From positions 1 through 61,495 of the IMG/VR virus record IMGVR_UViG_3300023196_001512: a stretch of DNA of 61,495 nucleotides, one strand, 5' to 3'. Source of the stretch: a virus. Lineage: Duplodnaviria; Caudoviricetes. Numbering within the stretch: position 1 is the first letter of the stretch; each line of letters begins with the position of its first letter. Shown here piece by piece: positions 53,980 to 61,495 of the stretch. Position numbers and translations under genes: made by a program. The notes under the pieces were generated by a model. It did no database searches, was not told where the DNA came from, and saw only the letters and a program-made list of their open reading frames with translations.

Positions 53980-55805
53980 TGAAAAAGATAGCGTACTTGT
54001 ATATATTCTTATTTTTTGCAATGTTTATTTCATGTATTGCAAACGCTCAATGCCCCAATGGCACTTACGTAGATATAATCATTAATCCTGATCAATACCC
54101 ACAAGAAACTTCTTGGGCTATTATTACAGAGATGGAAGATACTATTGTTTCAGGTGGGCCTTATGATGACGTAATAGACTATTCGCCTCAAGTGACACAG
54201 CTGTGCATACCTAACGGTGAATATATATTTAACATAGCTGATCAATATGGAGATGGTTTAGCAGGCAGTTTATGGGGTGGACAAGATGGATCTTACTACG
54301 TAGTGCACTGTGGAGACACTATAGTACAGCCAGATTCTGCAGATTTTGGATATGCTGCTTTTCACGGATTCACACTAGAGGATTGTGCACCACCACCACC
54401 AGTATATGGTTGTATGGACGATGCTTATGTAGAGTTCTTGCCACAAGCTACGCTAGACACAGGCATGTGTTACACTCCAAAGTTATACGGGTGTACAGAC
54501 GCAGAAGCCTTTAACTACGATAGCATAGCTAACACAGATATACTAACAGATAGTTGTACTCACACGCTAGAATTAACAGATCTAGCTGGTAATGGTTGGG
54601 CTGGAGCGTACTTACAAGTGTTTCAAGGCAATAACTTTTTAGGTATATTTACTTTAGACAACGGTTTTGATACTACATTTACTTTTGAGTTAAGCATACT
54701 AGAGCCTATTAGTGTTAAGTTTAACACAACACAACAATCACAGTTTACATCAGTGCAATGTGGCTATAGCTTGTATTCTGATGAGCATATAGCTATTGAT
54801 GCGCCGGGAGGTTTTGCTAGCCCTTTAATTCCTTTTGTAATAGTTAACGGTATGCCTTACTGTGGCGATAACTGTATAGAAAAAACTTACGGCTGTATAG
54901 ATGAAACAGCTTTAAATTACAATGATAGTGTTAACACAGACGACGGAAGTTGCTACTACATTGCCGGTTGTACGAATCCAAATTACATCGAGTACAATGC
55001 AGACGCTGACTTTGAAGACGGCTCTTGTTTAACACCAATCGTTTTAGGTTGTATGGATTCTACAGCCTTTAACTATAATCCTGAAGCTAATATTGAGCTT
55101 GAAGGATCTTGCATAGAGGTTGTATTAGGGTGCATGGACGACGATGCTTTCAATTACAACCCTAACGCGAACGTGGAAGATGGTAGTTGCGTGCCTGTGG
55201 TGTTTGGATGTATTGATCCTACAGCTTTCAACTACTGTGACACGTGTAATACTGATAATGGAGGTTGTATACCAACTATTAACGGTTGTACTGACAGTAC
55301 AGCATTAAACTATAACGAAGTTGCAAACACTGATAATGGCTCTTGTATTTATCCACTGCCTGGTTGTACTGATCCGACCGCTGTTAATTATAACGCGGAG
55401 GCTAACGTGCCAGACTCTAGCTGCTATTATTCTGCTGATTGCTACGTTGGTGATGTATACTATATTCCTAATGCTTGTTTTGAGTGGGTAATAGAAGTAG
55501 ATCCGTATTGCTGTGATGATCAATGGGATTATGCTTGCGATGATTTATATGCTTATTGCCAAGACGGTTGGACTGGACCGACAAGCGTAGAGTCTTTTAG
55601 TAGGCTGGGAGTTTTACCTTATCCTAATCCTTCTACAAGCGTAGTAAACTTTAACGCTGAGGTTGACGTGCGAGTGTATAGCATAGAAGGTAAACTTGCC
55701 TACGAAGCTGAAAGCATTACACGATTAGAGTTAGATAAAGGATTTTATTTAGTTAAAATATCTAAAGATAACTTAAACATAACGACAAAGCTTATTGTAC
55801 AATGA
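53979..55805 (+). CDS. Secreted Cys-rich repeat protein with T9SS type A C-terminal sorting domain
   Basis: Sec signal ending ANA-Q; nine GC(T/M/I)(D/N) repeats; YPNP..VYSIEGK..GFYLVKI..KLIVQ. Confidence 0.82.
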   Translation: MKKIAYLYIFLFFAMFISCIANAQCPNGTYVDIIINPDQYPQETSWAIITEMEDTIVSGGPYDDVIDYSPQVTQLCIPNGEYIFNIADQYGDGLAGSLWGGQDGSYYVVHCGDTIVQPDSADFGYAAFHGFTLEDCAPPPPVYGCMDDAYVEFLPQATLDTGMCYTPKLYGCTDAEAFNYDSIANTDILTDSCTHTLELTDLAGNGWAGAYLQVFQGNNFLGIFTLDNGFDTTFTFELSILEPISVKFNTTQQSQFTSVQCGYSLYSDEHIAIDAPGGFASPLIPFVIVNGMPYCGDNCIEKTYGCIDETALNYNDSVNTDDGSCYYIAGCTNPNYIEYNADADFEDGSCLTPIVLGCMDSTAFNYNPEANIELEGSCIEVVLGCMDDDAFNYNPNANVEDGSCVPVVFGCIDPTAFNYCDTCNTDNGGCIPTINGCTDSTALNYNEVANTDNGSCIYPLPGCTDPTAVNYNAEANVPDSSCYYSADCYVGDVYYIPNACFEWVIEVDPYCCDDQWDYACDDLYAYCQDGWTGPTSVESFSRLGVLPYPNPSTSVVNFNAEVDVRVYSIEGKLAYEAESITRLELDKGFYLVKISKDNLNITTKLIVQ

Positions 55806-56842
55806 GATATATAGCAATATTAATATTATTTTTAGCTTCTTGTACAGCACCTAAAAAGTGTTGTTCACAAATTAAAAAAGCGTTTAAGTTTTCTACATTT
55901 TACGTAGCTGCAAACGGCGGCACTTCTTTGTCAGATGAAGATATATATTCTGTAGACGGTAGTACGCTTGTGTATGACACTATATTCACTCCGTACGATT
56001 ACTCATTGACTATGGGTATACGTAGAATAAAAAGATTTGGCTATGAAGACAGAACTACATTTAAAGATGGTACAGAAACATCGTTTTCAGATGCAGCTAG
56101 CGTTGGTAGATCACCGTTTGAATATTTGTTTGAAGTAGATTACAAAAGACAAGAAGGTATAGAGTACTTTGACCAAACACATTTCTTGCGTTACGTAAAA
56201 GATAATTGGCTAGCTAAAGCCGAATACATTAAAGATGGTTTTGCAGACATTGAATATTTTGAATCTTCGCAAAGGTTTAGAGTAGGTAAAGGTAAGTTAT
56301 CATTTAACCTTGGAGCCGTGCAAAGGCTTGCTGAGCCTTATGGCTATGATCCGCTTGAAGAGTGGTCGTTTGACAATAACAGAATACATTACACTTGCCT
56401 AGCTATTGAAGAAGGCTACAGCGTCGATGTTTACGAGTCTGAGTATAGAAATCCTAACGGAGAAGTCGTAGCTACTAGCTCAGAAGTATGGAATCAAGTG
56501 GTCATGCCTAGTATATTAAAAGACTTTGTAGAAGACAAACGTAAAGAGTTAGAAAATCAATGGCAACACTCTGTTGTTGTAGGTTTTGACTTTTATCATT
56601 ACAAGAAAAACTTTTGGCTGCATAGCTGGGGTAATCTTATGCCTTACCATTATGACAACGGCAATGAGTTTTCATATCACAACTTTAATGATGGTGAGCA
56701 ATGGTACGATTATTCTGGTGGTTTGATATTCGGATATAAGCTAAATAAAAACTTAGGATGCTTTGTTGAAGGCAAGTACAACAAGTACTGGAACAAGGAG
56801 TGGTATGATTTTAAGTGTGGTATTAACTATGTAATCTTTTAA
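55802..56842 (+). CDS. Putative outer-membrane beta-barrel protein with lipoprotein-like signal
   Basis: Lipobox LASC; aromatic alternating strands; C-terminal GINYVIF. Confidence 0.65.
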   Translation: MRYIAILILFLASCTAPKKCCSQIKKAFKFSTFYVAANGGTSLSDEDIYSVDGSTLVYDTIFTPYDYSLTMGIRRIKRFGYEDRTTFKDGTETSFSDAASVGRSPFEYLFEVDYKRQEGIEYFDQTHFLRYVKDNWLAKAEYIKDGFADIEYFESSQRFRVGKGKLSFNLGAVQRLAEPYGYDPLEEWSFDNNRIHYTCLAIEEGYSVDVYESEYRNPNGEVVATSSEVWNQVVMPSILKDFVEDKRKELENQWQHSVVVGFDFYHYKKNFWLHSWGNLMPYHYDNGNEFSYHNFNDGEQWYDYSGGLIFGYKLNKNLGCFVEGKYNKYWNKEWYDFKCGINYVIF

Positions 56843-56843
56843 A

Positions 56844-57266
56844 ATGAGTTTATTAACATTAATAGATCAAGTTCCGTTGTATACGACTACAGAAGAAGCT
56901 CTTATATGGGGAACTCAATACAACATAACAGGCTACCACACGCACGTACATAACGGAGTTACTGGTTATATGTCTGGAGAAAACCACGAGCAAATTACAA
57001 TTGCTTTAGCTAGCGGTATAATAAATTTTTTAACACCGCAACAATTAGCTCAAGGACAATTTGTAGTTACACCTGAAGCTGCTCAAGCCTACGTGAGCCA
57101 ACAAGAAGCTCAAACACTAAATGCCACCCAACAACCTGTAGTTCAACCTGCGGCTCAACCTGTAGTTCAGCTTATAGCAGACCCTGTAATAGAACCTACG
57201 GTAGAGCGGGATGCTGCGCCAATAACCAACACGCCTACAAGAAATACACAAACATCAAGATACTAA
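56844..57266 (+). CDS. Hypothetical protein
   Basis: GYHTH..G.TGYM.G..H; Q/P-rich tail. Confidence 0.65.
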   Translation: MSLLTLIDQVPLYTTTEEALIWGTQYNITGYHTHVHNGVTGYMSGENHEQITIALASGIINFLTPQQLAQGQFVVTPEAAQAYVSQQEAQTLNATQQPVVQPAAQPVVQLIADPVIEPTVERDAAPITNTPTRNTQTSRY

Positions 57267-57267
57267 T

Positions 57268-57735
57268 ATGAAATTAAAAGTATTAAGGTTTAGCTCACAA
57301 AAAGACTCAACTCACGGTTTGTTGTTTGAAGAAAACGATTTAGGTAATCAGTTCTTATGTTATACCCTTGAAGATGAGCAAAGAGCTCTAAAGGTTAAAG
57401 GTGAAACTAGAGTGCCTGCTGGTGTTTATAATATAGAATTAAGAAAAGAAGGTGGATTCCATGACAAGTACAGTAGAAAATATCCTGGTTTACATCGCGG
57501 TATGCTTCATGTCGTTGATGTTCCTAACTTTGAGTATATTCTTATACACACTGGAAACACTGACGAGCACACTGCTGGTTGTTTGCTTGTGGGCGACAGC
57601 CAAGAAAATAACCAATTGCTACCTGACGGTTTCATTGGTAAAAGCGTTAACGCGTATAAAAGAATTTATCCTTCTATTGCAAAAGCGATAGAGCATGGAG
57701 AAGAAGTAACAATAGAATATATAGACTTTGATTAA
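57268..57735 (+). CDS. DUF5675-like protein, candidate endolysin (L,D-peptidase-like)
   Basis: CYTLED, P.G.Y, ILIHTGN...TAGCLLVG. Confidence 0.75.
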   Translation: MKLKVLRFSSQKDSTHGLLFEENDLGNQFLCYTLEDEQRALKVKGETRVPAGVYNIELRKEGGFHDKYSRKYPGLHRGMLHVVDVPNFEYILIHTGNTDEHTAGCLLVGDSQENNQLLPDGFIGKSVNAYKRIYPSIAKAIEHGEEVTIEYIDFD

Positions 57736-57742
57736 ATAAGAT

Positions 57743-58144
57743 ATGGCAACTACAACAGCAACAATAATATTAGCTAGTACAGACTTACTGTCTGATGAAT
57801 TAGCTTTAACTACATCGGCCACGCTTACAGGCGCTGGTAATTCTACCGGTGTTACTAACACTTCTGGTTTAAGTAGAAAAACAGTATCAGGCAGTCACGC
57901 TCAATACACTTTGTTTGACGGCACCGATTACACAGCAGACAAAGCACATAAGCTATATTTAAAAAATATTTCTACGACAGCTGCAGAATACTTTTTAGTA
58001 ACAATAAATGGTGAAGACTTAGGTAGAATTTACGCTGGTGACTGGGCTTTAATACCTTGGTCAGCGCACGATGCAGACAACGACATTAAGATAGATCCTA
58101 GTGCCAATGACATGACATTAGAATATATGCTTTTTGTAGATTAA
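57743..58144 (+). CDS. Structural protein paralog 1
   Basis: MATTTATI; GRIYAGDWALIPW; LEY. Confidence 0.75.
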   Translation: MATTTATIILASTDLLSDELALTTSATLTGAGNSTGVTNTSGLSRKTVSGSHAQYTLFDGTDYTADKAHKLYLKNISTTAAEYFLVTINGEDLGRIYAGDWALIPWSAHDADNDIKIDPSANDMTLEYMLFVD

Positions 58145-58167
58145 TAAATTATAAACAATAAATAAAA

Positions 58168-58602
58168 ATGGCAACAACAGCAACTATTACATTAACAAGT
58201 GCAGACATTGCTGGTGATCCAGTTAATGTCTCTAAAACGGCTACTTGCACAAAGGCAGGAGCTACAACTGATTTAGATCAAACTACTGGTATAAATAGAG
58301 TTCATTTAAGAAACGCGACAAATAAAGTTTTATTAGCAGCTAACGCTGAAGGTAACGACTTAGCAGCTAAAGTTTATATTATAAACAAAGCTACAGACGC
58401 TTCTCTTTATTTAACTGTAACAATAAACGCTCAAACAGTAGGTAAGCTTTACGCTGGCAACTGGATGTTTATACCTTGGAGTCAAACAGACACAGCGGCC
58501 GCTATTGAAGTAGCAGCTACTAACTGGACATCGTCAACTGGTGATATACCTGTTGAGTACGCGTTGTTCCATGAAGACACAGACTTTTTAACTAACGCTT
58601 AA
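58168..58602 (+). CDS. Structural protein paralog 2
   Basis: MATTATI; GKLYAGNWMFIPW; VEY. Confidence 0.75.
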   Translation: MATTATITLTSADIAGDPVNVSKTATCTKAGATTDLDQTTGINRVHLRNATNKVLLAANAEGNDLAAKVYIINKATDASLYLTVTINAQTVGKLYAGNWMFIPWSQTDTAAAIEVAATNWTSSTGDIPVEYALFHEDTDFLTNA

Positions 58603-58613
58603 TAAATAAAGAT

Positions 58614-59021
58614 ATGGCAACGGTAAACGCAACAATTTCATTAGCTAGCGACATTACAGATAACAGCATATCTGTATCAAACACTGGCGCATTATACAAA
58701 GCAGGAACTACGACTGGTTTAGATACTATGACATCTGTCACAAAAAGATTGACTAGTACAGATCAAGTAGATTTAATCACGACTGGTAGTGTTTCTACTA
58801 CACATGCTTACGTATATATAAATAACCCTTCAACTGACTCAACTGAGTTTTTCAATATTACTATTGGAAACGCTGGTGCTGGATCACCTACAGATACTGA
58901 AGAAGTAGGTAGGTTATACGGCGGAGACTGGATGTGGTTTCCTTGGGATGTAGATGACGATATTTGTATCACTCCTAGTGTTTCCACAGAAATGGTAGTT
59001 GAATACCAAGTATTTAGCTAA
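58614..59021 (+). CDS. Structural protein paralog 3
   Basis: MATVNATI; GRLYGGDWMWFPW; VEY. Confidence 0.75.
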   Translation: MATVNATISLASDITDNSISVSNTGALYKAGTTTGLDTMTSVTKRLTSTDQVDLITTGSVSTTHAYVYINNPSTDSTEFFNITIGNAGAGSPTDTEEVGRLYGGDWMWFPWDVDDDICITPSVSTEMVVEYQVFS

Positions 59022-59023
59022 AT

Positions 59024-59347
59024 ATGGCTAATATATACCACAATGTAACTGGGTCTACGGGTACTGATGTAGAGTTAATAGCTGCAGGAACAAATGTTGG
59101 TCAAATTGGCTCAATAGCTGTAACAAACACGTCTGCTAGTGTAGAAGCTTCAGTTGGTCTTAAGCTATACAAAGACTCTGACGGTACTACTTTTCAGATG
59201 ATAGCTAAAATCGCAATACCAGTTGGTGTTACTTTGCTTATAGACGATCAATCTCTATTAAGGTTTGATAATTCAACAAGAGGCTTTGGCCTCTTTGCTT
59301 TTGTAGATAGCGATACAGTTTGTGATATATTAATAAACACTACTTAA
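59024..59347 (+). CDS. Small beta-rich structural protein
   Basis: SIAVTN, IAIPVGVTL. Confidence 0.65.
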   Translation: MANIYHNVTGSTGTDVELIAAGTNVGQIGSIAVTNTSASVEASVGLKLYKDSDGTTFQMIAKIAIPVGVTLLIDDQSLLRFDNSTRGFGLFAFVDSDTVCDILINTT

Positions 59348-59358
59348 TTAAATTAAAT

Positions 59359-59613
59359 ATGAAGTTTATAGGAAAAGAAGTTATGACGTCGCCAATAATA
59401 GGTGACATTACTTTTACTCATAACCAGAGCTCAACTTCTGATACGTGGGTAATAAATCACAACTTAAATAGATTTCCTTCTGTTACAGTTATAGACTCTG
59501 GAGGTACTATAGTTCAAGGTACTGTTGTTTACAACTCTAACAAACAGCTAACAATTACATTTTTTGCTGGCACTAACGCTTTAGCGTTTCAAGGAAAAGC
59601 ATATCTTAATTAA
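59359..59613 (+). CDS. Small tail-fibre-associated protein
   Basis: TWVINHNLNRFPSVTVID...GKAYLN. Confidence 0.7.
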   Translation: MKFIGKEVMTSPIIGDITFTHNQSSTSDTWVINHNLNRFPSVTVIDSGGTIVQGTVVYNSNKQLTITFFAGTNALAFQGKAYLN

Positions 59614-59626
59614 AAAAAAATAAAAA

Positions 59627-61495
59627 ATGGCTATTAATTTTTACAGTAGTATAAACTTAAATCAAAACGAACTACAAAACGCCCGAGTACAAAACGCAGG
59701 GTCTGATCCTAGTAGCCCTACTCCAGTAGCTGGTCAAATATACTATAATTCAGGCGACAATACATTAAGATTCCACAATGGAACTAGTTTTCAAACGTTA
59801 TCAACAACAACTGGTGATATTACAGGTGTTACTGCTGGCGCAGGTTTAACTGGTGGTGGATCATCTGGCGCGGTTACTTTAAATGCTATTGCCGGAACTG
59901 GTATTACTGTCAATGCTGACGATATTCAAACTAACGACTCAGAGATTGTACACGATAATTTAAGTGGCTTCGTAGCAAACGAGCATATCGATCACAGTGG
60001 CGTTACAATAACAGCTGGTACAGGTTTGACTGGTGGTGGTTCAATAGATGGTTCTAGAACTATAAACGCTATTGGTGGTGATGGTATTACAGCTAACGCA
60101 AATGATTTAGCTATTACAGCCGCACAGACAACTATAACTTCTGTGTTAAACACTAGTTTAGTTTTAGGTAGAGATGCTGACAATCAAATTAAGTTTGGTA
60201 CAGATAATCAAATTATATTTAGGGTTGGCGCTGGTGACGGTGTAACATTTAAAGCTTCTGGTGAAATTGAAGCTACTAGCTTAGATATATCTGGTGATGT
60301 AGACATTGATGGTACTTTAGAAGCCGATACTATAACGCTTAACGGAACGGTTTTAGGAGCCTTAGCAATACGTGGAACTGTTGATACGGCTCACATAGAA
60401 GCTGACGCTGTAACTGGTGCAAAGATTGCTGACAATTCTATAGACTCTGAACATTACGTAGACGGATCTATTGATAATGCTCATTTAGCTGATGACGCTG
60501 TTGGAGCTGACGAGCTAGCAGCTGGCGCTCCTGACACTAAGATAACTAGAAATGCTATTACAGGGCAAACAGACCTTGGAGCTAACTGGGCAAGTGGTGA
60601 CAGTTTACTTTTACACGATACGTCTGCTTCAGCTTTAAGAGAAGGTACTATAGGCAATCTGCAGACGTACATGCAGAATAATCTTACGTTTACTACAAAC
60701 ACAGATGCTGACGTAAGCAATGCTAATTTACTAACTAGACTAGCTGCATTAGAATCAGCTGGCGGTGCTGCAGATCAAAACATTGTTATAGGTACTGACT
60801 CAGGCGATACAATTGTTATTACTGGTAACTTACAAGTTTCAGGTACTACAACAACGGTAGATTCAACTACTGTAAAAATAGGAGATCACAATATAGTTTT
60901 AGACTCTGATAACTCTACTTCAGCTGTAGTTGATGGTGCTGGTATAACTCTTGAAGGTGGATCTGGCAGTGACGTTACTTGGATGTGGAGCGCTGGTAAC
61001 GGTAGAATGGAGTTAAAAGCTGGAGCTTCACTAACTGTAGCAGCTTTCGACGAAGTTGTTGCTAACGTAACAGGTGATCTTGCTGGAAACGCGAGCACAG
61101 CTACAACAGCTACGAATATAACTGCTACAGCAAACAACTCTGCTAATGAGACTGTATACTTAACATTTGTTGATGGAGCTACAGGTACACAAGGAATAGA
61201 GACTGATACAGCTTTAAATTATAATCCTTCTTCAAACATTTTAACTGTAGTTGAATTAGATGTAAGTGGAGATGTTGATGTAGACGGTACTCTTGAAACA
61301 GATGCTCTTACAATTGGTGGAGCAGCTGTACTAGCTCAAGCTACAACAAGTGCTGTTGGTGCGGTTGAACTTGCTACGTCTGCAGAAACACAAACTGGTA
61401 CTGATACAACTAGAGTTGTTACGCCTGACGGGTTAGCAGCAAGACACGTAGTAGCTGATATAGACGTATCTAGTTTAACAGACGCTAACATAGTA
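59627..61495 (+). CDS. Tail fibre, N-terminal part, truncated by window edge
   Basis: Not in ORF track; [25 protein letters not shown], repeated (V/I)TAG.GLTGGG and LD(I/V)SGDVD(I/V)DGTLE.D units. Confidence 0.85.
   Translation, partial: MAINFYSSINLNQNELQNARVQNAGSDPSSPTPVAGQIYYNSGDNTLRFHNGTSFQTLSTTTGDITGVTAGAGLTGGGSSGAVTLNAIAGTGITVNADDIQTNDSEIVHDNLSGFVANEHIDHSGVTITAGTGLTGGGSIDGSRTINAIGGDGITANANDLAITAAQTTITSVLNTSLVLGRDADNQIKFGTDNQIIFRVGAGDGVTFKASGEIEATSLDISGDVDIDGTLEADTITLNGTVLGALAIRGTVDTAHIEADAVTGAKIADNSIDSEHYVDGSIDNAHLADDAVGADELAAGAPDTKITRNAITGQTDLGANWASGDSLLLHDTSASALREGTIGNLQTYMQNNLTFTTNTDADVSNANLLTRLAALESAGGAADQNIVIGTDSGDTIVITGNLQVSGTTTTVDSTTVKIGDHNIVLDSDNSTSAVVDGAGITLEGGSGSDVTWMWSAGNGRMELKAGASLTVAAFDEVVANVTGDLAGNASTATTATNITATANNSANETVYLTFVDGATGTQGIETDTALNYNPSSNILTVVELDVSGDVDVDGTLETDALTIGGAAVLAQATTSAVGAVELATSAETQTGTDTTRVVTPDGLAARHVVADIDVSSLTDANIV

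Noticed and set aside
54-61137. Many ORF-track entries antisense or out of frame within long genes (e.g. 54-308, 7246-7698, 17321-17818, 43130-43498, 60886-61137)
   Set aside because: Shadow ORFs of well-supported genes with no motifs or start context.
1-61495. Stop-codon reassignment as in some crAss-like phages
   Set aside because: Genes tile densely under the standard code, and TGA and TAG end genes at overlaps with the next start.
1-61495. tRNA genes, integrase, introns or inteins
   Set aside because: None recognised by eye; intergenic gaps are short and terL, primase and the nrdJ fragment look uninterrupted. A tRNAscan or Infernal run would be needed to exclude RNAs formally.

Overview
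A 61.5 kb segment of a lytic, AT-rich dsDNA phage genome, most likely a short-tailed virus of a marine Bacteroidota (Flavobacteriia) host. The host call rests on A-rich start regions without Shine-Dalgarno sequences and a T9SS sorting signal; the virion type rests on crAss-like terminase/portal/capsid/ring/muzzle gene order. There are two divergent arms meeting near 15.1 kb. The minus arm (1-15,062) carries early genes behind seven copies of a conserved promoter-like motif, then a sigma factor, ERF/RecE-like recombination genes, primase-helicase, a T4 gp42-like dCMP hydroxymethylase, MazG-like proteins and a class II RNR. The plus arm carries GroEL/GroES, packaging, capsid and tail genes, probable ejected proteins, a cluster of small basic proteins, an envelope module (thioredoxin-like, Cys-rich T9SS cargo, outer-membrane barrel), a lysin candidate and tail-fibre genes. 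The strongest novelty candidate is the 2504-aa probable virion protein. It reads as a polyprotein whose zincin, sigma-like, PD-(D/E)xK nuclease and HAD phosphatase segments are each bounded by a recurring K-[FR]-[ST]-[RK]-[ST] motif. All family calls come from motif recognition by eye; no database searches were run.
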